Origin: an uncultured Nitrospiraceae bacterium
Lineage (GTDB): Bacteria; Nitrospirota; Thermodesulfovibrionia; Thermodesulfovibrionales; Dissulfurispiraceae
Direction: 5' to 3'
Assembly (NCBI GenBank): GCA_963727805.1
Contig: CAVSHF010000005.1
Location: 992,001-1,056,000 of the forward strand
Length of the DNA: 64,000 bases
The position numbers were made by a program, and so were the translations under genes. This document shows, one piece after another, positions 51,766 to 61,879 of the stretch; the first letter of the stretch is position 1; the number at the start of each line of letters is the position of its first letter. The notes below the pieces were generated by a model. The model was not told the origin of the DNA and did not search any database. It saw only the letters and a list, made by a program, of their open reading frames with translations.

Positions 51766-52484
51766 TGAGACTGCAGTGGCAAGGCTCTCTGTGGCATGAT
51801 GGGTCCCGATGGCCCAGCCGCCGATGGGCCGGCCACTGACGGCCCGGCTACCGAGGTTACCTGTTGGATGTTAATCCCCATCCTCAAAGGTATTATCAAC
51901 GGCAGGACTTTCGTGCCCATATTTAGCGTAAGCCTTATTTTATCGGGGATAGTTTCCTTATCAGTCCATTCATCCACCCAACTGCCCTTCTCGTCAGTTG
52001 GCCCTTTATAATTATATTCAAAAAAGATGTCCTTCGCATTTTCAATAAGCCGCACTTCCCTTGCCACATCAGGGATCATAATAGGACTTTCGGTGACATA
52101 GAGGGCCTTGCCACCCATGTTCCCTCCTTTTACATTGTAGACTACGAACACCGGGCCTTTTGTCCCACCCCACAACGAATATAGCGATCTAAACTGGAGG
52201 GAACTACGGTCCCCTTTGAATTGGGCAAAATCCAGGTCCGCTTCCAATGGTTTCTTGATTATCCACCCCGACTGCACTTGCGACTCAACAATATTAAGGG
52301 ATGTCCTGAAACGCTCGATGGATTCGATCTTGCTTTGTTCTAATTCGGCGGAGCGAAAGCCAAGCCTCAGCGCCCCGGCGGTAATAAGCACGACGATTCC
52401 AAGCAACACGAGCGATATCATCAATTCGAGCAGAGTGAAACCGTGCTGACCGAAGCGTCTTTCCCTCGTTCTTTCTTCTGTCAT
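51762..52484 (-). CDS. gspJ: Type II secretion minor pseudopilin J
   Basis: Prepilin 'G|FTLLE' motif; size and order H-I-J-K. Confidence 0.75.
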   Translation of the reverse strand: MTEERTRERRFGQHGFTLLELMISLVLLGIVVLITAGALRLGFRSAELEQSKIESIERFRTSLNIVESQVQSGWIIKKPLEADLDFAQFKGDRSSLQFRSLYSLWGGTKGPVFVVYNVKGGNMGGKALYVTESPIMIPDVAREVRLIENAKDIFFEYNYKGPTDEKGSWVDEWTDKETIPDKIRLTLNMGTKVLPLIIPLRMGINIQQVTSVAGPSVAGPSAAGPSGPIMPQRALPLQSQ

Positions 52485-52906
52485 TATATTTTATGCTCCG
52501 TCAATTTCAGAGTTTGTAGGGTAAGAGACCTCTCTCGCGTGCCATCATGCCAGTAAATTGTAGCTCTGACCTGGTAGAGGTCTACGTTCAGGGCTTGTAC
52601 CCTCTCTTCGTATCCTTTTGTCACGGTAGCGTCATAGCGGTATCCATCTTCGGTAGTACCACTTAGGATAGAATTAGGAAAGTTCTCATCCTCGAGGATA
52701 TTTCTCATGATCGCTTCAGCATGTGCAGCGGCATTTACATAGCTTTCCGATACCGCGACAGAACGGAGATTGGCCGAAAAGAGTTGCATCACAACAACAA
52801 GAACAATCCCGATCAGTGAAATGGCGACGAGGATCTCAAGGAGTGTAAACCCCGCCCGGTTTGAGTTGAGACAAGACAAAGACTTCTGCGCATGGCTGTT
52901 TCTCAT
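52484..52906 (-). CDS. gspI: Type II secretion minor pseudopilin I
   Basis: 'AG|FTLLEILVA'; size and order. Confidence 0.75.
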   Translation of the reverse strand: MRNSHAQKSLSCLNSNRAGFTLLEILVAISLIGIVLVVVMQLFSANLRSVAVSESYVNAAAHAEAIMRNILEDENFPNSILSGTTEDGYRYDATVTKGYEERVQALNVDLYQVRATIYWHDGTRERSLTLQTLKLTEHKI

Positions 52907-52933
52907 TTCAGCATTAATTCCTTCAACCGGCCA

Positions 52934-53386
52934 TCACTGTTTTTGCCTGGTAATCACCACACCGACAACGGGATCTATTTCAAGGGTCACAACCTTTTTC
53001 CCTGACGACAATACAATAGTCCCCCCTTCGGTGACACCGGATGGAGCGAAGACGAACCGGTATCCGCCCACCGCCACTTCTCCGTAAAGGGGGTCGATGA
53101 CTCTGATCGATACGGTGTCGGGGATGGTGCGAGTCACCCCTCCCTCCTCGATACCGAAAGTCTTGCCCTCGATTTCAACGGTCAATACCTGCCACTTTCC
53201 GCTCGTTATCGCATTTGAACGCGCCTGTCTGAAGGCAGCCATAATTTCTCTCGCCGTCGCATCGACCTTCTGAGAAGGGAGGGAGCGCGAGAACACAACA
53301 GCGGAAATGCCGACAATGAGGGTAATAAGGAAAATCACAAGGATCATCTCAAGGAGGGTAAATCCCTTGTTATCGTTCCTCTTCAT
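52934..53386 (-). CDS. gspH: Type II secretion minor pseudopilin H
   Basis: 'KG|FTLLEM', 'ARSNAI', 'F.P.G…GG.I.L'. Confidence 0.8.
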   Translation of the reverse strand: MKRNDNKGFTLLEMILVIFLITLIVGISAVVFSRSLPSQKVDATAREIMAAFRQARSNAITSGKWQVLTVEIEGKTFGIEEGGVTRTIPDTVSIRVIDPLYGEVAVGGYRFVFAPSGVTEGGTIVLSSGKKVVTLEIDPVVGVVITRQKQ

Positions 53387-53391
53387 AAAGA

Positions 53392-54585
53392 CTACATCGG
53401 CAATTCAAGGATGCTGAATATCGCCATAAAAACTGAAAGGACAATAAACCCGATGATCAATGCCATAGCGATGATTATCATCGGCTCGAGCAGACCCATA
53501 AACCTCTTTATCGCTTCCCGCAGGCTCTTTTCGTAGGTTGTAGCAACCTTGAGCAGCATCGTGTCAAGCTGTCCGGTTTCCTCTCCAACTTTCACCATCG
53601 AAAGGGCAAGCTGAGGAAAGATCTTTGTGCCAGCAAGAGGGGCCGCAAGCCCCTTGCCTTCCTTCGCCCCTTTCGGCAGGCTTTCGAGGGCGCGTGCTAT
53701 AGCGCGATTGCTTATAACATCTCGCGCGTTATTTAATGCCTGCAGGAGCGGGACCCCACTTTTGAGCAGCGTACCGAGGGTCCTGCAGAAACGTGCTGTC
53801 TCTATCTTGATGATGACATCTCCCATAAGTTTCAGTTTCAGGGAGTCCCATTTGAGCCTCCCATCGACTGTCTTGATATATTTCATGACCAGGAAAATGC
53901 CTGCTCCTATGGTCAAAGCTGCCATCCACCAGTACGCCTTAAGTGCCGAGCTGAACCACAGGATCATTTTTGTCGAGAGCGGGAGGGAGGTTCCGATATC
54001 CGCAAAGATTGTTGAGAAACGGGGGAGAACAAAAGTAAGCATAATGATAATGGATATGCCACCTGCAACGATCAATAACGCCGGATAGATCATCGAAGAA
54101 ATTATGTGGTCCTTAAGTTCTTTCGATGATTCAAGGAATTCGTTCAGTTTATCGAGTACGATATCCAGGACGCCGCCCGCTTCCCCCGCACGCACCATAT
54201 TGACATAGATCCGCGGGAATACCTTCGGGTGCTTCTGGAGGGCATCCGAAAAGGAGCTACCCTCCCTGATCGATTTGAGAATCGACTGGACGATACCTTT
54301 CATCTCCTTGCTTTCTGAAACCTCGGAAATGATATTAAGGCTGCGGTCAAGGGGCAGTCCGGCGCCAAGTAGGGCCGAGAGTTCGGTCGTAAAGGTAAGG
54401 ATATCCCCCTTTGATTTCCTTAGGGAGATCCTCTTCATGAATCCCTCCCTGGGGGCTGTGATATCGAATGGAATCACGCCAGTGTTACGGAGCCTCTCTA
54501 CGGCGGCCTTCTCATCGGCGGCTTCAATGGCCCCTTCCACTACGACTCCCTCTTTCGTGGTCGCACGGTATGAGAAGATCGCCAT
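53392..54585 (-). CDS. gspF: Type II secretion inner membrane platform F
   Basis: 'LLGAGLPL', 'AGEAGG', 'YP', 'GEETGQL', 'LLEP'. Confidence 0.92.
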   Translation of the reverse strand: MAIFSYRATTKEGVVVEGAIEAADEKAAVERLRNTGVIPFDITAPREGFMKRISLRKSKGDILTFTTELSALLGAGLPLDRSLNIISEVSESKEMKGIVQSILKSIREGSSFSDALQKHPKVFPRIYVNMVRAGEAGGVLDIVLDKLNEFLESSKELKDHIISSMIYPALLIVAGGISIIIMLTFVLPRFSTIFADIGTSLPLSTKMILWFSSALKAYWWMAALTIGAGIFLVMKYIKTVDGRLKWDSLKLKLMGDVIIKIETARFCRTLGTLLKSGVPLLQALNNARDVISNRAIARALESLPKGAKEGKGLAAPLAGTKIFPQLALSMVKVGEETGQLDTMLLKVATTYEKSLREAIKRFMGLLEPMIIIAMALIIGFIVLSVFMAIFSILELPM

Positions 54586-56124
54586 TTATACCTCCTGAGT
54601 CACCCGGAGTACCTCGCTGAGGGTTGTCAAGCCGTCACGTATACGCTTTATTCCATAATCAAGCAAAGTCAACATTCCATGCTTCTTTGCCGCATCGCGG
54701 ATCTGGAGCGAATCAACATCCCTGAGAACCATCCTCCTGATATCTTCATCAACGACAAGGAGTTCATAGAGTCCAGTTCTTCCGAAATAGCCGGTATTTG
54801 AGCATACCTCGCACCCCTTACCCCTGTATATAGGGATATCCTCCGGCAGGCCGAGGACTTTCAGTTCTTCGCGGGCGGCGGGTGAATCATCTCTTTCCTT
54901 ACAGGAGGGGCATATGACCCTCACAAGCCTCTGGGCTAATATCCCCCTTACCGTTGAGGAGAGGAGAAAATGTTCGACGCCCATGTCAAGAAGCCTTGTG
55001 ATCGCACTCGGAGCATCGTTAGTATGGAGCGTCGAGAATACCAGGTGGCCCGTCAATGCCGATTGTATGGCGATCTCGGCAGTCTCCAAGTCCCTGATTT
55101 CTCCGATCATGATGATATCGGGGTCTTGCCTAACGATGTGTCTGAGCGTGTTCGCAAAGTTAAGCCCGATCTGGGGCTTTACCTGTATCTGATTGACCCC
55201 TTTAAGATGATATTCTATCGGGTCCTCAACGGTGATGATCTTGTTGCCCGGCAGATTGATCTTGTCGAGGGCGCCGTAAAGCGTGGTCGTTTTTCCGCTG
55301 CCTGTCGGCCCTGTAACGAGAACAATGCCGTTAGGTTTCTTTATAAGTTCGTTAAAAGTGGCGAGCGTCACCTCGTCGAAGCCGAGTTGCTGGAGATCGA
55401 TTACTATCCCTTCTTTCCGCAAGATCCTCATGACAATACTTTCTCCGTAGAGTATCGGGATGGTCGAAACCCTGAGGTCTATCTCGCGCACTCCGACTTT
55501 GAGCTTTATACGCCCATCCTGCGGGAGCCGCTTTTCAGCGATGTTGAGCTTCGCCATGATCTTGATCCTCGAAATGATAGCAGCTTGGAGTTTCTTTGGT
55601 ATCGATTCAACATCATGCAGGATTCCATCGATCCTGTACCTGACTTTTAGCTCGTCCTCAAAGGGTTCTATATGAATATCGCTTGCTCGGCCCTCTATCG
55701 CCCGCGTGATGATCATGTTGACAAGCTGAATGATCGGGGCCTCGGAGGCGAGGTCTTTAAGATGACCGATATCTTCTGCCTCTTCATCCCTTAGGAATTC
55801 GACCCCCTGCTCACCCATATCCTCGATGATCCGGTTAATATTCTGAGATTCCTGCTCATAGAACTTCTTCAGGTATTCGTCGATGGTATCGCTCTCCGCC
55901 TTGCAGGAGATAACGTCGGCAGAAAGGGCCACCTTAAGCGCATCGATAGTGTCTCGGTCGCCCGGATTTGACATGGCGACCTTAAGAACATTGTTTTTAT
56001 ATTCGAGGGGAATGATCCTGTTTTGCTGAATAAAACGCGAAGATATGCCCGCAAGGACAACGGGGACCTTCGGTAGGTCCTCAAGAGTCAGAACAGCGTG
56101 GTCAAAGGAGAGTTGATCAGACAT
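54586..56124 (-). CDS. gspE: Type II secretion ATPase E
   Basis: 'ASDIHIEP', GPTGSGKTTT, 'RQDPDIIMIGEIRD', 'STLHTND', tetra-Cys motif. Confidence 0.93.
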   Translation of the reverse strand: MSDQLSFDHAVLTLEDLPKVPVVLAGISSRFIQQNRIIPLEYKNNVLKVAMSNPGDRDTIDALKVALSADVISCKAESDTIDEYLKKFYEQESQNINRIIEDMGEQGVEFLRDEEAEDIGHLKDLASEAPIIQLVNMIITRAIEGRASDIHIEPFEDELKVRYRIDGILHDVESIPKKLQAAIISRIKIMAKLNIAEKRLPQDGRIKLKVGVREIDLRVSTIPILYGESIVMRILRKEGIVIDLQQLGFDEVTLATFNELIKKPNGIVLVTGPTGSGKTTTLYGALDKINLPGNKIITVEDPIEYHLKGVNQIQVKPQIGLNFANTLRHIVRQDPDIIMIGEIRDLETAEIAIQSALTGHLVFSTLHTNDAPSAITRLLDMGVEHFLLSSTVRGILAQRLVRVICPSCKERDDSPAAREELKVLGLPEDIPIYRGKGCEVCSNTGYFGRTGLYELLVVDEDIRRMVLRDVDSLQIRDAAKKHGMLTLLDYGIKRIRDGLTTLSEVLRVTQEV

Positions 56125-56165
56125 TATTATTCACCCATTGGGCCTCGGAACGACATAAAGAACAG

Positions 56166-56606
56166 TTATTCCCAGCTCGTAACGTCCTTATCTTCGCCCT
56201 CTCCACCAGGCGTACCATCCCTGCCATACGAAAAGAGATCATAATCGCCATGGGTGCCGGGACAGACATAATTATAAGGTCTCCCCCAAGGGTCAACGGG
56301 TATTAAATTCTTCTTCAGATAAGGTCCTTGCCACTTGTCATCTCCGGGATTCGTGATTAGGGCCTGAAGCCCCTGCTCGCTTGTGGGATATTGACCTGTG
56401 TCCAGACGATATTGGTCGAGGGCTTGGCCAAAAAGCTCGATTTGTGCCTGAGCCGCTGAGGTCTTCCCCTTTCCAAGTTTCGGAAAAATCTTAGGCGCCA
56501 CGAGAGCGGCAAGAAGTGCGATAATTGCCATAACTACAAGAAGCTCGACCAATGTAAAGCCCTGCCTGTCATAAATGCCCTGATGCTTCCAATATTTCAT
56601 CTTCAT
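56166..56606 (-). CDS. gspG: Type II secretion major pseudopilin G
   Basis: 'QG|FTLVE', 'YRLDTGQYP', 'WQGPYL', 'DPWG.PY.Y..PG', 'S.G.DG..GGEG..D'. Confidence 0.95.
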   Translation of the reverse strand: MKMKYWKHQGIYDRQGFTLVELLVVMAIIALLAALVAPKIFPKLGKGKTSAAQAQIELFGQALDQYRLDTGQYPTSEQGLQALITNPGDDKWQGPYLKKNLIPVDPWGRPYNYVCPGTHGDYDLFSYGRDGTPGGEGEDKDVTSWE

Positions 56607-56784
56607 GGTGTCACCTTCTCGATTTGTTCCATTATATACTTATACGTATAATACAATAAACTCTGTTGCCATACAAACTGACAGATGCCCGTCCCGATTA
56701 TCTGCCTGTAACCTCAGAACTTACGGCCGCATGGCTTGACTCAAAGAAACAAAAACCTTATTGTATACATAAACGGGAGCTTGA

Positions 56785-59052
56785 GTGATCAGACGATTAG
56801 CAATAATATATAGTGCATATGTGGCCGTGCTTGCCTTTCTCTTTTTCGGTAGTATATCCGCATATGCAGAAGTGTCCAATCTTACCCAACCGGTAGTCTC
56901 GCAGATACCGCGCACAACGGCTAAAAACCTAATCGCGCAGACGCCCGTGATCGACAATCCTGCTTCCCCTTCGCCGGAACAGCCTTTTTCAGGACAGCCG
57001 TCTAGTCCACCCTCACCTCTTGGCCCTGGCGTTCCCAATACGATCCCTTCTTTTGCCGGACCTAACGTACCGAGTGAAGTGCCTGAACCCCCAAGCCCTG
57101 CCGGACCCTCCACCTCAACGCCTCCTGGTCAGGCCACTCCTGGGATAACACCCATGCCTCAGGGGACGACGCCCCCCCCTGCCAGGCCAGCATCAACCGT
57201 CATCCGCGCCCAGCCGACGACAGTAATGTCCGGAGGCGGATCGAGCTTCTTTTTCGATGATGCGGACGTGTTTGAAGTCATTCAGACGGTTTTCGGCGAG
57301 GTTTTGAGAGTCAATTACATCGTCGATCCGCAAGTCAAGGGGAGAGTCAATTTCCGCACAACAGCGCCCATTCCGAAAGACAAAATCCTTTCAATCATGG
57401 AAATCATACTGAGGCTTAACGGCATTGCTGTTGTCGAAGAAAGCGGACTCTACCGGATCATTCCAATCGGCAATATCGCCAAGGAACCGGCTCCCATCCG
57501 TTTCGGGAAAGACCCTGAGGCTATTGAACTTAAAGGTACCGCCCTGTTGCAAATTGTACCCCTCACCTACATCAACTCCTCTGAAATGTCAGCTATCCTT
57601 ACTCCGTTGCTTACACAAGGCGGGGCGATACATGATATTTCTAAGAAGAATATACTTATCATCGCCGATACCGATGCCAATGTCAGAAGACTCCTGCAGG
57701 TCGTTTCCTTATTTGACATAGATACCTATAAAGATGCTTCCCAGCCGAAGGTCTATGTTTACCCGCTCCAAAATAGCAAGGCAGAGCATGTAGCGAAAAT
57801 TCTGCAACAGGTAATACTCGGGGGGAGTGCTACGACACCCTCGGGGTCGGGGGTAAAGACTACAACAGGAGGGACAACAACTCCGTCGATCCCGACAGCA
57901 GGACCCACAGGGCCACAGCCGACGTCCCCCACTTCGTCTTCAGGCGCGTCGCTAGTCGCACCAGGCACGAAAGTTATCGCTGACGAAGTGACTAATTCAC
58001 TTGTCATCTATGCCTCGCCGGGTGACTATTCAATCATCCTTGGGGCCATTAAACAGATAGATACCATGCCGCGTCAGGTCATGATCGAGGCGATAGTCGC
58101 TTCAGTAACGATGACCGATAACCTTACGTTAGGAATGCGTTGGAACTTGAACGTTGGCACGCAAAAACTGGATGTCAAGCCTTTCATCAGGCCGATAGTT
58201 GCAGGCGGCCCACTGGGGTTCCAGGGATTGAGTCCGCTGACATCAGGCTTCGGTTATTTTGCTACCGACTCAAAAGGGCAAGTCAGGCTTGCCATAGAAG
58301 CCGACGCTACAACGGGCAAGTCAAAAATACTCTCGGCTCCTCAAATTCTGGTGGCTGATAATCGCGAGGCACGGATACAGGTCGGCCAACAAATTCCGAT
58401 CGCCACGTCGACTACATCAACCCCGATTACAAGCACCAGTACGACAGTGGCGAATGCCACAACATCGACAATCCAGTACAAAGACGTCGGGACAATACTC
58501 AAGGTGAAGCCGCAAATCAACGACAGCGGACTGATATCATTGGAACTTTCTCAGGAAGTCTCTTCGTTCGCTACCCAGTCGATCTTGGGTACAGATCAGG
58601 CCATAATTACCAAGAATGAGGTCTCGACCAATCTCGTTGCGCAGGACGGAGAAACAATTGTAATCGGAGGGCTCGTAAACGAAACGGATTCTACTAGTAG
58701 GGATGCGATACCGCTTCTCGGGAAAATACCTGTTTTAGGATACTTATTCGGTAGAACAGCAGACCAGAATTCGCGGCAGGAACTTGTTATCCTGCTCACA
58801 CCACACGTGGTGAGGAATCAGGCAGATGCCGAAAAGATGACTTCTGACTTTTACGAATTATTCAAGAATGTGGGCAAGGAATTCAAGCTGGAGAAACATA
58901 AAAAGTCAACGCAGACCCCACAGCAAAGCGATGAAAAGGCGTCCCCTAAAAATCTTGAGAAGCCAAATGGCAAAGCTAGTGCCCCGGAATCCTCAAGAGC
59001 AAATGAGAAGGCCTCCATGAGCGCATACCCGCTCTCGTCAAACGATAATTAG
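56785..59052 (+). CDS. gspD: Type II secretion secretin D
   Basis: N0 domain 'FDDADV…NYIVDPQVKG', 'PRQVMIEA', 'QYKDVG', 'IPLLGKIPVLGYLF', 'ELVILLTPHVV'. Confidence 0.93.
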   Translation: MIRRLAIIYSAYVAVLAFLFFGSISAYAEVSNLTQPVVSQIPRTTAKNLIAQTPVIDNPASPSPEQPFSGQPSSPPSPLGPGVPNTIPSFAGPNVPSEVPEPPSPAGPSTSTPPGQATPGITPMPQGTTPPPARPASTVIRAQPTTVMSGGGSSFFFDDADVFEVIQTVFGEVLRVNYIVDPQVKGRVNFRTTAPIPKDKILSIMEIILRLNGIAVVEESGLYRIIPIGNIAKEPAPIRFGKDPEAIELKGTALLQIVPLTYINSSEMSAILTPLLTQGGAIHDISKKNILIIADTDANVRRLLQVVSLFDIDTYKDASQPKVYVYPLQNSKAEHVAKILQQVILGGSATTPSGSGVKTTTGGTTTPSIPTAGPTGPQPTSPTSSSGASLVAPGTKVIADEVTNSLVIYASPGDYSIILGAIKQIDTMPRQVMIEAIVASVTMTDNLTLGMRWNLNVGTQKLDVKPFIRPIVAGGPLGFQGLSPLTSGFGYFATDSKGQVRLAIEADATTGKSKILSAPQILVADNREARIQVGQQIPIATSTTSTPITSTSTTVANATTSTIQYKDVGTILKVKPQINDSGLISLELSQEVSSFATQSILGTDQAIITKNEVSTNLVAQDGETIVIGGLVNETDSTSRDAIPLLGKIPVLGYLFGRTADQNSRQELVILLTPHVVRNQADAEKMTSDFYELFKNVGKEFKLEKHKKSTQTPQQSDEKASPKNLEKPNGKASAPESSRANEKASMSAYPLSSNDN

Positions 59053-59067
59053 AGTCTTGCCATAGAC

Positions 59068-59405
59068 TCAGATTTTGATGGTTTCGGCTGGCACTACGAA
59101 TGCTTCCGGGACTGAAGGACGAAGCAATCTGATGATCCTAAGACCCACCTTGTTGTTCAAGACCCAGACAACTCGAGCTTCTACCGAAGGATGAAAGATG
59201 TTAACCGCATGCCCATTCGAAGCCTAGAAGCTGTGACAATGCCGAAGCAGTTTTAGCTCAGATTGACGATTTTGCAGCTCCAGACTTTTCCCTTTGCATC
59301 GGCAAATTCAGTCTCTGTGGCGCAGTTGAGCCTTGGCCTCCGCCTTTTCGCGAAGTAGTTATCGTTATGTGACTTCATCCTGAAAAGAATTCCCAAAATA
59401 CCCAT
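59068..59405 (-). pseudogene. PilZ domain protein pseudogene
   Basis: ATG 59405 with AAAGGA RBS: 'KRRRPRL…CKIVNLS*NCFGI' (RxxxR and NxSxxG-like motifs, TAA at 59255-59253), then after a frameshift 'EARVVWV..KVGLR'. Confidence 0.75.
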
Positions 59406-59566
59406 GTCGTCCTTTCCACTTTCCCCAGAAAAGAATTTACCCCCAAAAGTACAGAGGCAAAGTCATTATTTAAAATTTACAGGACCTGCGAAAAAAGTAA
59501 GTTATTTTATGAGTACGATACTCACGTCGCAAGGGGAAATCAGGGTAAAAAAAACGATAAAAGAAA

Positions 59567-59642
59567 TGGTGGGCAGTCGCAGAATCGAACTGCGGACACG
59601 AGGCTTTTCAGGCCTCTGCTCTACCGACTGAGCTAACTGCCC
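59567..59642 (-). tRNA. tRNA-Phe (GAA)
   Basis: 76 nt cloverleaf GGGCAGT…ACTGCCC-ACCA; anticodon arm GAGGC-CT GAA AA-GCCTC. Confidence 0.96.
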
Positions 59643-59713
59643 GTTTCTTTGAAGATAATAACATTAAAACTTTGCGGTGCCAAAAGTCAAGATTTCATCC
59701 TCTTTAGCAGCCC

Positions 59714-60925
59714 TCAAGCCCCGAATTTCTTGAGTCTCAGGGCATTGGCGAGCGCTAGGGTCATCAGGTTGACAGCCGGGAATATGCCGAGTTCCCCCTT
59801 TGTGCATTCACGTTCCGAAAATACGCTGCAGAGGCCGCCGTATACATAGGGTGATTTCAACATTACCGGGACAGGGTGCCAACTGTGGCCCTTCATTAGG
59901 GCGGGCGTTGAGTGGTCCCCGGTAATAATGAGCACGTCGGGGGCCAGCTTTTGGAGTCTTGGCAGGAGTGTGTCGAATTCCTCTATCCGGGCAGCCTTGC
60001 CTTCAAAATTGCCGTCTTCGCCATAGGAGTCGACTTTTTTCACATGAAGAAAGAAAAAGTCATAGTTGTTGTATTTTTCTTCAAGAAACCTTACTTGATC
60101 CTCAACACTGCCTTCGACCGGAGGCGTGTCCATTCCCACAAGCTTCGCCAGTCCCCGGTACATAGGATAAGTAGCAATTGCTATGGCACTGAGCCCAAAG
60201 GCCTCTTCAAATGTAGGGAGGTGGGGCATGTTCGAAAACCCCCGCATTAGGAGAAAATTCGCCTTCTCTTCACCTTGTAAAACCTGTTGTGCTTTCTCGA
60301 TGAACTTTACTGCAATTGCCGCCACTTTCTCCGCGTTCCCAGTGTTCGGACTTGGCGTTAGCGGTGCCTTGCCTTCCTTTTGCGGGTCAGTGTCCTCGAT
60401 ATCTGCCGCACCGGCGGCAAGATTTTCGGGAAATCTCATAATGATTGCTATCCTATGTTCCATTCCCGCGGCAAAGATAAATTCTACATCATCGATTCGC
60501 GGTATTTCGCGCTGGAGCCGTGCGGTGAGTTGTTTGTTATATTCAGTTGGAATCCTGCCGGCTCTCCGGTCCACGATTACACCATTCTTCAGTGTCGAGT
60601 AATTACACCTTACGGCAACGTCCGTCTTTCGAACCTCCATGCCGAGTCCAAGGGCTTCGAGTATTCCCCTTCCGATGATGTATTCAAGGGGCTCGTAACC
60701 GAATATCCCCAGATGCCCCGGCCCGCTACCCGGCGTAATGCCATACCCTACGGGCAAATGAAGTCCGCATGCGGAGCTCTTCGCGAGGGCGTCAAGATTT
60801 GGCGTACGTGCGAACTCAAGTTCAGTTCTTCCATTAACAGGAAGTCCGCCAACCCCATCGAGGACGGTCAGAATGATCTTGCTGCTGTTTTTCTGAATCA
60901 GGTGTTTTATCATGCTCTGCATCAT
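59714..60925 (-). CDS. apgM: 2,3-BPG-independent phosphoglycerate mutase (ApgM type)
   Basis: 'LDGVG', 'A.TPNLD', 'TPGSGPGHL', 'DRRAGRI', 'TGDHSTP', 'HSWHPVP'. Confidence 0.9.
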   Translation of the reverse strand: MMQSMIKHLIQKNSSKIILTVLDGVGGLPVNGRTELEFARTPNLDALAKSSACGLHLPVGYGITPGSGPGHLGIFGYEPLEYIIGRGILEALGLGMEVRKTDVAVRCNYSTLKNGVIVDRRAGRIPTEYNKQLTARLQREIPRIDDVEFIFAAGMEHRIAIIMRFPENLAAGAADIEDTDPQKEGKAPLTPSPNTGNAEKVAAIAVKFIEKAQQVLQGEEKANFLLMRGFSNMPHLPTFEEAFGLSAIAIATYPMYRGLAKLVGMDTPPVEGSVEDQVRFLEEKYNNYDFFFLHVKKVDSYGEDGNFEGKAARIEEFDTLLPRLQKLAPDVLIITGDHSTPALMKGHSWHPVPVMLKSPYVYGGLCSVFSERECTKGELGIFPAVNLMTLALANALRLKKFGA

Positions 60926-61068
60926 GCGCTCCTTATGGATAAGATATACAAGTAGTATAAGATGATTATATTTTTTCAATCAACGCAATATAAAATCAAT
61001 CCTCCACTGCAGGCTCATAATTTGTTCCGCATTTGGCTTAATGCACTATTATATGATAACTTTTATCT

Positions 61069-61848
61069 ATGAACGGCTATGTTAAAAGAATGATTTTGAA
61101 AAATAGGGGTGTAGTCTCCGAAGAGACCGAAGACATCATCGCTATCGAAAAAAGATTGCGCGTCTCTGTTAATGGGACAACGGTACTAAGCCTCTACTGC
61201 ACACCGCTTATGGTAAGAGAGCTTGTCGTTGGAATGTTTATGACCGAGGAGATAATCAGAGGAGGATGGTGCACTGACAGGATGTCCATTGAGTACGGAG
61301 AGGATGTAACTGTAGATATTCCGGCCGAGGGTGAGGTATCGATGGACGACGCCGTAATCACATCGGGGTGCATCGGGGGGATCACATTCCCCAAGAGACA
61401 AACTTTAAGAAGAACCGAGGATGACTTCACCATCGGAGCCGATAAGATCAAAGACCTCTTCCGAAAATTCCATAATGCTTCGGAGCTCTATCAGCTCACG
61501 GGGTGCGTTCACAGCGCAGGATTGAGCGACGGCGAATCGATACTCTGCCTCGCGGAGGACATCGGCAGGCACAATGCAGTTGATAAAATAATCGGCTATG
61601 CCTTACTCGAAAATATCCCGTTCCAAGGTAAGATCATGCTCGCAAGCGGCAGGCTTTCATCGGAGATCGTCGCGAAGTGCGCCCGGTGGTCCATCCCCAT
61701 CGTGGCAAGCAGGACTTCGCCAACTAGCCTCGCCCTCGATATCGCAGAACGGAGCGGGATAACTGTGGTAGGGTTCATAAGGGCGGACAGGCTCAACGTA
61801 TATACGCACCGGCAAAGGATACATCCGCAAACCGTGGACTATTCGTGA
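61069..61848 (+). CDS. fdhD: Formate dehydrogenase accessory sulfurtransferase FdhD
   Basis: 'TGCVHSA', 'EDIGRHNAVDK', 'SGRLSSEIV.K', 'GFIR'. Confidence 0.92.
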   Translation: MNGYVKRMILKNRGVVSEETEDIIAIEKRLRVSVNGTTVLSLYCTPLMVRELVVGMFMTEEIIRGGWCTDRMSIEYGEDVTVDIPAEGEVSMDDAVITSGCIGGITFPKRQTLRRTEDDFTIGADKIKDLFRKFHNASELYQLTGCVHSAGLSDGESILCLAEDIGRHNAVDKIIGYALLENIPFQGKIMLASGRLSSEIVAKCARWSIPIVASRTSPTSLALDIAERSGITVVGFIRADRLNVYTHRQRIHPQTVDYS

Positions 61849-61879
61849 TCCTTGATTGCAGGGGTTGCAAGCGGTACCT

